Positions 24,251 through 34,832 of a stretch of 42,047 bases of DNA are shown one piece after another. Each line of letters begins with the position of its first letter. The first letter of the stretch is position 1. The DNA lies in NCBI GenBank assembly GCA_031424715.1, contig JANPHZ010000005.1, positions 1 through 42,047 of the forward strand, read 5' to 3'. The notes beneath the pieces are model-generated. The model ran no database searches, had not been told where the DNA came from, and saw nothing but the letters and a program-made list of their open reading frames with translations. The DNA comes from Frankiaceae bacterium (lineage in GTDB: Bacteria > Actinomycetota > Actinomycetes > Mycobacteriales > SCTD01). The position numbers were made by a program, and so were the translations under genes.

Positions 24251-25398
24251 CCGATCGCTGGACCACCGACGAGCGGCTGGCGCTGCGGGCGCTGTGCCGA
24301 CAGGTGGTGGCGAAGGAGATCACGCCCCACGTGCAGGAGTGGGAGCGGGAAGGCATGCTGCCGCGCTCGCTGCACAAGACCTTCGCCGAGGCCGGCCTGC
24401 TGGGCGTCTCGTTCCCGACCGAGGTAGGCGGCGGGGGCGGCGACGCGATCGACGCGGCCATTCTCGCCGAGGAGGTGATGTACGGCGGCGGGTCCGGGGG
24501 CATCATCGCCTCGCTCTTCACCCACGGCATCGCCATCCCGCACATCACCAAGCACGGCTCGCCGGAGCTCGTCGACCGCTACGTCCGGACGACCCTGGCC
24601 GGTGACCTCATCGGCGCCCTGGGAGTCACGGAGCCAGGAGGTGGCAGCGACGTCGCGCACCTGCGCACGACGGCCGTCCGCGACGGTGACCACTACGTCG
24701 TCAACGGTGCCAAGACCTACATCACCAGCGGGGTGCGCGCCGACTTCGTCACGACCGCAGTGCGCACGGGCGGGGAGGGCTACGGCGGGATCTCCCTGCT
24801 GGTGATCGACAAGGGCCTGCCGGGGTTCGAGGTGTCCGCGCCGCTGGACAAGATGGGCTGGCGCGCCTCGGACACCGCCGAGCTGTCCTTCACCGACGTG
24901 CGCGTGCCGGTCGGCAACCTTGTCGGGGCCGAGGGCACCGGCTTCGTGCAGATCATGGAGAACTTCCAGTCCGAGCGGCTGGGTCTCGCGGTCCACGCCT
25001 ACGCCACCGCGCAGCGCTGCCTGGACCTGACGATCCAGTGGGTCCGCGACCGCGAGACGTTCGGTCGGCCACTGGTGAGCCGGCAGGTGGTTCGCCACAA
25101 GATCGCCGAGATGGCCCGGCAGACCGACGTCGCCCGCACCTACACCCGGGCCGCCTACGAGGCCTGGCTGACGGGGGCGGCGATCGACGCAGCCGTGCTG
25201 GAGGTGTCGATGGCCAAGAACACCGCGTGCGCTGCGTGCGACGTCGTGGTGGACGAGGCCGTGCAGCTCTTCGGTGGCCTTGGCTACATGCGCGAGAGCG
25301 AGGTCGAGATGCACTACCGCGACAGCAGGATCCTGCGCATCGGTGGCGGCACCGACGAGATCATGCTCGAGGTGATCGCCAAACGGCTCGGCCTCTAG
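24247..25398 (+). CDS. Acyl-CoA dehydrogenase
   Basis: 383 aa from ATG 24247, with an ATGA overlap onto the upstream stop. ACAD blocks are present (GVTEPGGGSDVA, YITSG, RILRIGGGTDEIMLEVIAK). Confidence 0.9.
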   Translation: MTDRWTTDERLALRALCRQVVAKEITPHVQEWEREGMLPRSLHKTFAEAGLLGVSFPTEVGGGGGDAIDAAILAEEVMYGGGSGGIIASLFTHGIAIPHITKHGSPELVDRYVRTTLAGDLIGALGVTEPGGGSDVAHLRTTAVRDGDHYVVNGAKTYITSGVRADFVTTAVRTGGEGYGGISLLVIDKGLPGFEVSAPLDKMGWRASDTAELSFTDVRVPVGNLVGAEGTGFVQIMENFQSERLGLAVHAYATAQRCLDLTIQWVRDRETFGRPLVSRQVVRHKIAEMARQTDVARTYTRAAYEAWLTGAAIDAAVLEVSMAKNTACAACDVVVDEAVQLFGGLGYMRESEVEMHYRDSRILRIGGGTDEIMLEVIAKRLGL

Positions 25399-25589
25399 GC
25401 CAGGTCGTCAGCCTCTGCCTTGGCCACCTCTGTGTCGGTGGCAGCGCCGCCGCTCTCGCGCTCGAAGACGTCTTCGGCCTTGAGGTCGCTCGAGGTCTGC
25501 TCGCCGACCTGCTCGGCCAGCTCGGCGTCGCTGACACCCTCGCCCGCGGGCTTGGTGGTGCCGGCGTCGGTGGCGGGCTGCTCGCTCAT
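25395..25589 (-). CDS. Small acidic hypothetical protein (64 aa)
   Basis: ATG 25589 is preceded by GAGGAG with 5-nt spacing. The composition is Glu/Asp/Ala/Thr-rich and looks disordered. It has a 4-nt convergent overlap with the ACAD stop. Confidence 0.5.
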   Translation of the reverse strand: MSEQPATDAGTTKPAGEGVSDAELAEQVGEQTSSDLKAEDVFERESGGAATDTEVAKAEADDLA

Positions 25590-25623
25590 GACTGCTCCTC
25601 AGGTCGATGCGGTTGACCGCCCA

Positions 25624-26952
25624 CTACCCACCTGAGGCCACTCCGCACGCCTGTGCGACGAGCATCACCAGCGTGCGAGTGACGGTCACCAGTTCCGCGA
25701 CCGGGACGCTCTCGTCCGCAGCGTGCGCCAGCCGCACGTCGCCTGGGCCGTAGTGCACCGCGGGGATGCCTCCCACGTCGTGCAGCAGGCGGATGTCCGA
25801 ACCCCAGGGGGCGCCCAGCACGGAGGGACGCGCGCCGGTGATCTTGTGGTGCGCCGCGGCGACGAGCTCGGCCACCCCAGCTCCCGACGGCAGCCGGCTG
25901 CTCGCGAACTGCCCGCCGAACCACTCCACCTGCACCGGGTGAGCGCTCAGCCAGGGGTCGCCCGCGCAGACCGCGGCCACCGCGGCCTCCAGCGCTGCGC
26001 GGGCAGCCTCGACCGGCTCGTCGAGTGCGACGCCGAGCCTGCCCTCAGCGACCAGCAGGTCTGGAACGCTGCTAGCCCACTCGCCGGCGCGCAGCCTGCC
26101 GACCGACAGCGGGTAAGGCAGGAGCAGGTGCGCCATGAGCGGGTCGGGACCCCGGTTGCGGCGGGCTTCGAGCTCGCGCAGGGCCTCGTGCAGGAGCAGG
26201 TACTTCTCGATGGCGTCGACCCCTTCGGTGCGGACGCTGGCGTGCACCGACCGTCCCGGCACCGTGAGCCGGAAGGACAAGGCCCCTGCGTTCGCCGTCA
26301 CGAGCCGGGTCGCCGTCGGCTCGCACACGACCGCGAGGTCACCGCGGTGGCCACGGCGCAACGTAGCGAGGGTGCCGAGCCCACCGTCCTCCTCTCCGCC
26401 CACGCTGTGCACGGCGACCGTGCCGCGCAGCCGAGCGCCCGCCTCGCGCAGGACCTGGACCGCCATGAGCTGGCAGGCCAGGCCGCCCTTCATGTCGCAC
26501 GCACCCCGACCGAGCACCCGGTCGGCGCGGACCGTGCCGCGCCACGGATCGGTCGTCCAGGCCGACAGGTCACCAGGAGGTACGACGTCGATGTGTCCGT
26601 TGAGCACGACCGTGGGGCCGTCCGGGTCGCTGCCTGGCCACGTTCCGACCAGGCCGTGGGACTGCGTGCGCGGGACCTCGATCCCGGGGAAGTGCGGATC
26701 GGCAGTCAGTGCCGCCAGGTCGAGTGACCACAGGTCGGTGTCCAGACCGAGGGCATCGAGTCGGCCTGCCACGAGGTGCTGCGCCTCGCTCTCCGCCGGC
26801 GATCCGGTGGTGCTCGGGACCTGGATCAGGTCCTGCAGCAGCGAGACGAGACGCTCGGGCCGCACGGCGTCCAGCGCCGCGGTGACAGCCGGAGCGAGCG
26901 CGGTGCGCTGCGTCGGCAGGGACAGGACGCGGTCCGAGGTGGGGGACACCAC
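25624..26952 (-). CDS. M20 family metallopeptidase (ArgE/DapE/ACY1-like deacylase)
   Basis: NGHIDVVPPG, GRGACDMKGG and VGGEEDGGLG metal-ligand blocks are present. I set the start at GTG 26952/26949 so that it does not overlap hmgA. The track start at 27174 is inside hmgA. Confidence 0.8.
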   Translation of the reverse strand: MVSPTSDRVLSLPTQRTALAPAVTAALDAVRPERLVSLLQDLIQVPSTTGSPAESEAQHLVAGRLDALGLDTDLWSLDLAALTADPHFPGIEVPRTQSHGLVGTWPGSDPDGPTVVLNGHIDVVPPGDLSAWTTDPWRGTVRADRVLGRGACDMKGGLACQLMAVQVLREAGARLRGTVAVHSVGGEEDGGLGTLATLRRGHRGDLAVVCEPTATRLVTANAGALSFRLTVPGRSVHASVRTEGVDAIEKYLLLHEALRELEARRNRGPDPLMAHLLLPYPLSVGRLRAGEWASSVPDLLVAEGRLGVALDEPVEAARAALEAAVAAVCAGDPWLSAHPVQVEWFGGQFASSRLPSGAGVAELVAAAHHKITGARPSVLGAPWGSDIRLLHDVGGIPAVHYGPGDVRLAHAADESVPVAELVTVTRTLVMLVAQACGVASGG

Positions 26953-27037
26953 AGCAGTCTGGCTCGGGCGCGGCGTGCGGGTGGTGGCTTTGCCGCATCT
27001 GCCGAGGCGCACGCTGGCGCGCGCGGCCTGAAGTCGG

Positions 27038-28243
27038 CTAGCCCAACCGTCCGGGGCCGCGCCCCGACCAGGACCAGGGGTAGGCGGGGTCCTCGCTGGC
27101 CCGCGCGCCCTCACCGAGGTCGAGCGGCCGGAAGGTGTCGACCATGACGGCCAGCTCATCGAAGAACTCGACACCCAGGCTGCGCTCGACCGCCCCCGGC
27201 TGCGGACCGTGCGCGTGACCGCCCGGGTGCAGGCTCACCGACCCCTGCCCGATCCCACTGCCCTTGCGCGCCTCGTAGTTGCCGCCGACGTAGAACATGA
27301 CCTCGTCGCTGTCGACGTTGGAGTGGTAGTAGGGGACCGGCACCGAGAGCGGGTGGTAGTCGACCTTGCGCGGCACGAAGTTGCAGATGACGAAGCCGCT
27401 GCCCTCGAAGACCTGGTGCACCGGCGGCGGCTGGTGGATGCGGCCGGTGATGGGCTCGAAGTCGGCGATGTTGAAGGCGTAGGGGTAGAGACACCCGTCC
27501 CAGCCGACGACGTCGAAGGGGTGCCGCGGATAGGTGTAGACCGTGCCGGCCAGGCCGCTGCCGCCGCGGTGCTTGACCAGCACCTCGACGTCCTCGCCGT
27601 CGCCCAGGGTCAGCCCGCCCGGTGCGCGTAGGTCGCGCTCGCAGTAGGGCGCGTGCTCGAGCAGCTGGCCGTACTTCGACAGGTAGCGCTTGGGCGGGGC
27701 GATGTGGCCGCTTGCCTCGATCGCGTAGAGCCGCACCGGCTCGGCGCCGGTCGGGACCCAGCGGTGGGTGGTCGCGCGGGGCAGGATGACGTAGTCGCCC
27801 TGCGCGACCTCGAGCGCACCGAACTGTGTCTCGACCGTCGCACTCCCGGCCTCGACGTAGACGCACTCGTCACCGACGGCGTTGCGGTAGAGCGGGGAGG
27901 CAGTGTCGGCGACGGCATAGGAGATCCGGACCTCGGCGTTGCCCAGGACCAGTCGTCGACCGGTCACCGCGTCGCAGCCACGGTGAGCGTCGTCCGCGAA
28001 GAGCGCGTGCAACCGCAGGTGGCGCGGCAGCAGTGGCGCGTTGGGTGTCAGTGACTGGTCAGGGAGCTGCCACGGACGGGCGTCGACGATCGCCGACGGG
28101 ATGTCGCGGTGGTAGATCAGCGTGGAGTCGGAGGAGAAGCCCTCCTCGCCCATGAGCTCCTCGTAGTAGAGGCCGCCATCGGGTCGCCGGTGCTGGGTGT
28201 GCCGCTTGCGCGGAACGTCACCGACCGAGCGGTAGTGCGCCAC
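27038..28243 (-). CDS. hmgA: Homogentisate 1,2-dioxygenase
   Basis: 401 aa with an actinobacterial HGD pattern (YYEELMGEEGFSSDSTLIYH..., HPGGHAHGP). It lies 3 nt downstream of hppD. Confidence 0.85.
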   Translation of the reverse strand: MAHYRSVGDVPRKRHTQHRRPDGGLYYEELMGEEGFSSDSTLIYHRDIPSAIVDARPWQLPDQSLTPNAPLLPRHLRLHALFADDAHRGCDAVTGRRLVLGNAEVRISYAVADTASPLYRNAVGDECVYVEAGSATVETQFGALEVAQGDYVILPRATTHRWVPTGAEPVRLYAIEASGHIAPPKRYLSKYGQLLEHAPYCERDLRAPGGLTLGDGEDVEVLVKHRGGSGLAGTVYTYPRHPFDVVGWDGCLYPYAFNIADFEPITGRIHQPPPVHQVFEGSGFVICNFVPRKVDYHPLSVPVPYYHSNVDSDEVMFYVGGNYEARKGSGIGQGSVSLHPGGHAHGPQPGAVERSLGVEFFDELAVMVDTFRPLDLGEGARASEDPAYPWSWSGRGPGRLG

Positions 28244-28246
28244 CGG

Positions 28247-29476
<1,230 letters not shown>

Positions 29477-30658
29477 TCAGCCGAACGCAGGCTTGGTCGC
29501 CGGGGTGCAGGCGAGCGCCATCGGGTCGTCCCCGGCCAGGGCCGCGGCGCGCGCGGCGGCCTCGTTGAGCCGGGCCTCCGGCAACCGGCCACTGCCGACG
29601 GCGGCGACCAGCGCGTCGCGCATCCGGCGGGCCTGCTTGCCGTCGGTGGCGAGCGCGACGTCGGCACCGGCAGAGATCGCTCGTACGGCGGCCTCGGGGA
29701 AGTCCCAGCGCAGGTTGACCGCGCCCATGCCGAGGCTGTCGGTCATCGCCACACCCTGGAAGCCCATCGTGCGCAGCAGGGCGTAGGCCTTGGGTGAGAG
29801 CGAGGCCGGCAGCCCCGGGTCGAGCGCGGTGTAGTCGAGGTGGTTGAGCATCACGACGGGGGCGCCCGCGTCGATGAGCCGCTGGAAGGGCGCGAGGTCG
29901 GTCACCTGCAGGGCGCCGAGGTCGGCGGTGACCGTCGAAGCGATCTTGTGGGTGTCACCCGAGGACCGGCCCTGGCCGGGGAAGTGCTTGATCGTCGGCG
30001 TCACACCGGCGGCGGCCAACCCGCGCGCGAAGGCGCCGCCGAAGTCGGTGACCGTGTCGGCTTGGGCTCCGAAGGAGCGGTCGCCGACGATGCCACCGGC
30101 GGGTCCGTCGTCGAGATCGACGACCGGCGCCAAGTCGAGGTCGACCCCGAGCTCCTTGATCCGCCGGCCGAGGTCTTCAGCGAAGGTCCGCACCTGCTCG
30201 GGCGTGCGTTGGCGGGCCAGCCGGCGCGGCGAGGGCCCGCTGCCCAGGACGGGGCGGGTAGCGGCCACCCGTCCGGACTCCTCGTCGGTCGAGACGAGGA
30301 AGGGTCGGCCGGCCCTGGCCCGCAGGCCGGTCGTCAGCGCGGTGACCTGCTCCGCGGTCTGGAAGCTGCCCTGGGCGAGGAAGACCCCGCCCACGCCGAG
30401 GTCGACGACCTCGCGCGCCAGCGGGTCCTCGGCGCTGGTCACGCCGGGGAGGCCGACGAGCAGCACCCGGGCGGCCCGTGTCGACAGGGGTGCGGGGGTG
30501 CACGTCGGCGTAGGCACGACCGAGGGGGACCCAGCGGCCAGGTCGGCAGGTGTGCGGTCCGAGGTGACCCGGGCCTGGGCAAGCAGCCCCACCGGCACGG
30601 CGACCGACGTCACCAGGGCGACCGCCAGCAACTGGCGGCGCAGGCGAGGTAGGGGCAC
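29477..30658 (-). CDS. Glycoside hydrolase family 3 N-terminal domain protein (beta-N-acetylhexosaminidase/NagZ-like), membrane-anchored or secreted
   Basis: The KHFPGQGRSSGDTH motif and other GH3 N-domain blocks are present, along with an N-terminal hydrophobic anchor LLAVALVTSVAVPVGLLA. Confidence 0.8.
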   Translation of the reverse strand: MPLPRLRRQLLAVALVTSVAVPVGLLAQARVTSDRTPADLAAGSPSVVPTPTCTPAPLSTRAARVLLVGLPGVTSAEDPLAREVVDLGVGGVFLAQGSFQTAEQVTALTTGLRARAGRPFLVSTDEESGRVAATRPVLGSGPSPRRLARQRTPEQVRTFAEDLGRRIKELGVDLDLAPVVDLDDGPAGGIVGDRSFGAQADTVTDFGGAFARGLAAAGVTPTIKHFPGQGRSSGDTHKIASTVTADLGALQVTDLAPFQRLIDAGAPVVMLNHLDYTALDPGLPASLSPKAYALLRTMGFQGVAMTDSLGMGAVNLRWDFPEAAVRAISAGADVALATDGKQARRMRDALVAAVGSGRLPEARLNEAAARAAALAGDDPMALACTPATKPAFG

Positions 30659-30716
30659 CCAGGCAGCCTACGGAGAGCCCGCCACACGAGGACGATGTTG
30701 CCCTTAACGTGGCCGG

Positions 30717-31922
30717 ATGACTGCCCCTGTCGCCTCCGAGGTGCGCCCGCTCGGCCGCGACTACACCCGCGTGCTGGCGGCCTCGACCATCTCTGCCCTG
30801 GGGGACGGGATCGCCTTGGCGGCCGGTCCCCTGCTGGTCGCCTCGATCACCGAGTCGCCCCTGCTCGTGGCCGGCGCGGCCTTCGCCCAGCAACTGCCCT
30901 GGCTGCTCTTCTCCCTGGTCTTCGGCGCCTACGTCGACCGGTGGGACCGCAAGCGACTGCTGGTCGGGGTCAACCTCTTCCTGGCAGTGGCGACCGGCAG
31001 CCTCGGCGTCGCTGTCTTCACCGGCGTCGGAACCCTGCCCGTGATCTACCTGTGCCTGTTCGCCCTCGGGTCCGGAGAGATCCTGGCGCGCAGCGCCAGC
31101 GACGCCGTGCTCACGGCCGTGGTCGCGGCCCCCGACCTGCCACGGGCCAACGCCCGGCTGTACGGCGGCTACACCCTCGGCACGCACCTGGTCGGCCCGC
31201 CCCTAGGCGCCGCGCTGTTCCTGCTGACGCCGTCGGTGCCCTTCCTCGTCGACGCGCTGTCCTTCCTGCTCGCGATGCTCCTGCTGCGCCGCCTGCGCCT
31301 GCCTGCGGGGGACCGCGACGCGGGCGGCGGCCTGCGCGCCGAGATCCGCGAGGGCATTGCCTGGCTGTGGCAGCAGCGACTGCTGCGTCTGGTCGCCGTC
31401 TGCATCTGCGTCATGAACCTCACCTTCGGCGGGACCATGGCGGTGTTCGTGCTCTACGCCCGCCAGCAGCTCGGCCTGGGGGCGCAGGGCTACGGCTTCC
31501 TGCTGTCGGTGTCGGCTGTCGGAGGGCTCCTCGGCGCCACGCTCGTCCCCCGGCTGGTGAGCCGCTGGGGCACGGCCGTCCTGCTTCGCGCCGGTCTGCT
31601 CATCGAGGCGGCGACCCAGCTGGCCCTGGGCCTGACCCATCAGGCCCTCGTCGCGGCGGTGGTGATGCTGGTCTTCGGCGTCCACGCGACCGTCTGGGGC
31701 GTGATCACCATGTCGCTGCGCCAGCGGGTCGTGCCCGACGCCCTGCGCGGCCGGATCAGCGGCGTCTACATGCTCTTCAGTGCCGGGGGGATGGCGGTCG
31801 GGTCGGCCCTCGGTGGCGTGGTCGCCAGCATCGGAGGCATCTCGGCGCCGTACCTGTTGGCCGCGTTCGTGGTGGGGTCGCTGTGCCTGGTGTCCTGGCG
31901 CCGCCTCGCGGAGACCGGGTGA
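30717..31922 (+). CDS. MFS transporter (EntS/MFS_3-like)
   Basis: 401 aa with about 12 hydrophobic segments and a DRWDRKR loop motif between TM2 and TM3. Confidence 0.8.
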   Translation: MTAPVASEVRPLGRDYTRVLAASTISALGDGIALAAGPLLVASITESPLLVAGAAFAQQLPWLLFSLVFGAYVDRWDRKRLLVGVNLFLAVATGSLGVAVFTGVGTLPVIYLCLFALGSGEILARSASDAVLTAVVAAPDLPRANARLYGGYTLGTHLVGPPLGAALFLLTPSVPFLVDALSFLLAMLLLRRLRLPAGDRDAGGGLRAEIREGIAWLWQQRLLRLVAVCICVMNLTFGGTMAVFVLYARQQLGLGAQGYGFLLSVSAVGGLLGATLVPRLVSRWGTAVLLRAGLLIEAATQLALGLTHQALVAAVVMLVFGVHATVWGVITMSLRQRVVPDALRGRISGVYMLFSAGGMAVGSALGGVVASIGGISAPYLLAAFVVGSLCLVSWRRLAETG

Positions 31923-32311
31923 GGGGTCGGCCAGGCCGGAGGGCACTGGTCGGAGGCGTTGCTCTCGGTACGGTCCTGATCGCTGCGCTGCTGTCGACCC
32001 GCGCGGAGCCCCGGGCGGTCCCCACCGGGGACGAGGCGGGACAGGCGAGGGCGGCGCAGGCCTGCCGCTCGCTGCAGCAGGTCACCGACCTGATCGATCG
32101 CAACGCCGGCGTACCGGAGGTGCTGGAGGTTGTCGACCGAGCCGTCCGACAGGCGCGCGACGCCTCGGCCGCGCAGGCTCGGTGGTTCGCGCTGGCGGGT
32201 GGCGCCGACAGCCTGGCGATCGCGTTGCGCGCCGACGACCCGCAGGCCGCGTCGGTAGGGATCCGCGTCGTCACCGCGGAGTGCGCGCGCACGGCCGCGC
32301 CGCTCCGCTGA
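31919..32311 (+). CDS. Hypothetical membrane-anchored protein (130 aa)
   Basis: GTG 31919 overlaps the MFS stop (GTGA). It has an N-terminal helix ALVGGVALGTVLIAALL and then an Ala/Arg-rich helical region. It is the tail of the long artefactual track ORF 30695..32311. Confidence 0.4.
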   Translation: MRGRPGRRALVGGVALGTVLIAALLSTRAEPRAVPTGDEAGQARAAQACRSLQQVTDLIDRNAGVPEVLEVVDRAVRQARDASAAQARWFALAGGADSLAIALRADDPQAASVGIRVVTAECARTAAPLR

Positions 32312-32351
32312 CGCAGGGACACCCTCATAGGGTCAGCGCTATGGAGCGGTC

Positions 32352-33095
32352 ATGAGCGGACAGGACGACTTCGCCGGTCGTACGGCGGTCGTCACCGGCG
32401 CGGGTTCGGGCATCGGCAGGGCGATGGCCGAGCTCTTGCTCGCCCGCGGAGCGCGCGTCGTCGGCGTGGACCTGCGCGCCGACACGGTGCCGCCGGGCTG
32501 CCTGCCCGAGGCCGTGGATGTCTCTGATCCTGAGGCGGTGCAGGCCCTGGGGGAGCGGGTGACCTCGGCGGTGGGCCGCGTCGACGTACTGATGAACAAC
32601 GCCGGCATCGGCTCGACCACCGACATCCTCAGCTGCTCGCCGCAGGAGTGGGACAACGTCTTCGCCGTCAACGTGCGCAGCGTCCTGCTCATGACGCAGG
32701 CCTTCTTGCCGGGGATGCTCGAGCGCGGAGACGGGTCCATCGTCAACACCGCCTCGGTGCTGGCGCTCATCGGCGCCAAGGACCGCGCGGCCTACAGCGC
32801 GTCCAAGGGCGCCGTCGTCGCGCTCACCCGCCAGATCGCCATCCAGTACGCCGGAACAGGGGTGCGCTGCAACTGCATCTGCCCAGGGACGGTCGACTCG
32901 CCGTGGGTCGGCCGGCTGCTCGACCAAGCGGACGACCCGGTGGCCGCGCGCGCTGCCCTCGTCGCCCGTCAGCCGATCGGCCGGCTGGGGACTGCTGACG
33001 AGGTCGCGCGGGCTGCGCTCTACCTCGCCTCCGAGGAGGCCGCCTTCATCACGGGTTCCTCGCTCGTCATCGACGGCGGCTACCAGGCCGGCTGA
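32352..33095 (+). CDS. SDR family oxidoreductase
   Basis: TGAGSGIGRA cofactor motif, NNAG, and the catalytic YSASKGAV are all present. Confidence 0.9.
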   Translation: MSGQDDFAGRTAVVTGAGSGIGRAMAELLLARGARVVGVDLRADTVPPGCLPEAVDVSDPEAVQALGERVTSAVGRVDVLMNNAGIGSTTDILSCSPQEWDNVFAVNVRSVLLMTQAFLPGMLERGDGSIVNTASVLALIGAKDRAAYSASKGAVVALTRQIAIQYAGTGVRCNCICPGTVDSPWVGRLLDQADDPVAARAALVARQPIGRLGTADEVARAALYLASEEAAFITGSSLVIDGGYQAG

Positions 33096-33098
33096 TCT

Positions 33099-34466
33099 TC
33101 AGGCGCCCAGCACCGCGCCGGGGTTCATCAGGCCCCGGGGGTCTAGGGCCGCCTTGACGTCGCGGGAGACCTGCAGCGCGACGTCGTCGAGTTCTCGGGT
33201 CAGCCAGTCGACCTTCAGCCGGCCGACGCCGTGCTCGCCCGTGATGGTCCCGCCGAGCTCGAGGGCGGCTGCGACGACGCCGTCGAAGCCGACTTGGGCG
33301 GCAGCGCGCTGAGCTGGGTCGGCGCGGTCGAAGACGATGGTCGGGTGCAGGTTGCCGTCCCCGGCGTGGCCGAAGGTGCCGATGGTCAGGCCCGTCTCGT
33401 GGGCAACCCGCTCGACGGCTTCGATGAGCGCCGGCAGGGCAGACCGCGGGACAGCCACGTCGTCGAGCAGCACTGATCCCTTGCTTTGCAGGGCCGGAAG
33501 TGCCAGCCGCCGGGCCTGAAGGAGCAGTTCGGACTCCGCCGCGTCAGCCGTCGCGTGGACCTCGCCGGCGTCCTGGGACAGGCAAAGGCGCTGCACGTCT
33601 TCGCTGTCGTCGGGTCGTTCGGTCTGCACGACCAGGACGGCGGCCGCGTCGGTGTCCAGGCCCATCTGCCCAAGGTCCTCGACGGCTCGAATCGTCGTGC
33701 GGTCCATGATCTCGAGCAGGCAGATCGTCAAACCTGCACCGACCAGTGCCAGCACCGCCCCACCGGCAGCGGTCAGCGTCGGGAAGACCGCGATCACGGT
33801 GGCCGGCGCAGGGCGTCGCGGTCGGAGCCGGAGGACCGCGGAGGTGATCACCCCCAGGGTTCCCTCCGAGCCGACGACCAGCCGGGTCAGGTCGTAGCCC
33901 GCGACGCCCTTGGCCGTACGCCGACCGGTCCGCAGCACCCGACCGTCGGCGAGCACCACCTCCAGCCCGAGCACGTGGTCGGAGGTCGTCCCGTAGCGGA
34001 CGCAGCACAGTCCACCGGCGTCGGTCGCGACGTTGCCGCCGATGGTGCAGTCACGCCAGCTCGAGGGGTCGGGTGGGTACCAGAGCCCGACGGCCGCCGC
34101 CGCCGCGTCGAGGTCGGCGGTGATGACGCCCGGCTGCACGACGGCGTACTGCTCGGCGACGTTGATCTCGGTGATCTGGGCCATGCGCGTGGTGCAGACG
34201 ACGAGGCACCCGTCGACCGCTGCCGCGCCACCGGACAGTCCCGTGCCGGCCCCTCGAGGTACGACGGGAACCCCCAGCTCGTGGCTGATCCGCAGGGCCG
34301 CCACCACGTCCTCGGTGCTGCGAGGCAGAGCGACAGCAGCAGGTGTCCCGCCGGCCACCTGCTGCGCTTCGTCGTGCCGGTAGGCCTGGACGAGGTCGCG
34401 GTCGTCGAGGACTGCATCGGTGGGAAGGACCGCGCGCAGGCGCTGGGCGAGCTCGCCGGGTCGCAT
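33099..34466 (-). CDS. FAD-binding oxidase (GlcD / D-lactate dehydrogenase family)
   Basis: 455 aa with the FAD_binding_4 pattern (VVPRGAGTGLSGGA) and the C-terminal GTITGEHGVGRLK motif. Confidence 0.88.
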   Translation of the reverse strand: MRPGELAQRLRAVLPTDAVLDDRDLVQAYRHDEAQQVAGGTPAAVALPRSTEDVVAALRISHELGVPVVPRGAGTGLSGGAAAVDGCLVVCTTRMAQITEINVAEQYAVVQPGVITADLDAAAAAVGLWYPPDPSSWRDCTIGGNVATDAGGLCCVRYGTTSDHVLGLEVVLADGRVLRTGRRTAKGVAGYDLTRLVVGSEGTLGVITSAVLRLRPRRPAPATVIAVFPTLTAAGGAVLALVGAGLTICLLEIMDRTTIRAVEDLGQMGLDTDAAAVLVVQTERPDDSEDVQRLCLSQDAGEVHATADAAESELLLQARRLALPALQSKGSVLLDDVAVPRSALPALIEAVERVAHETGLTIGTFGHAGDGNLHPTIVFDRADPAQRAAAQVGFDGVVAAALELGGTITGEHGVGRLKVDWLTRELDDVALQVSRDVKAALDPRGLMNPGAVLGA

Positions 34467-34486
34467 CCGCCAACGCTAGTGGGAGG

Positions 34487-34602
34487 TCAGGCGGAGGAGA
34501 CGTGGCTCGCCGCGGTGACGGAGGCTGTGACGACGTCCTTCTGCACGTCGATGACCAGCAGCGCGGTGTTGGGGCGATCTAGCAGTCTCGTCATGCCGGT
34601 CA
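34487..34602 (-). pseudogene. 5' fragment of an isochorismatase/cysteine-hydrolase family gene
   Basis: MTGMTRLLDRPNTALLVIDVQKDVV... matches the family N-terminus (ALLVIDVQ). The reading stops after 38 aa and the rest of the ~180-aa domain is absent. Confidence 0.35.
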
Positions 34603-34832
34603 TTCTTACGCGGTCGTGCCAGGTCTGGTCGTCCGATGGCCGGAGCGGAGCTCGCGTCTTCCGGTCAGCTTCTGCAGGCTCCAAGGAGGTGGTCGTTCTG
34701 AGTTCTACAGCAGACGAGCCAACAGCTCGCGAGTGTTCCAGTTGACGCTGACAGCACCGACCGCGACCCCACCCGCAGGGTGCCTGGGGGGTACAAAGGG
34801 GACTATCTGATTCCGACGCTGGGAGTTCCCGC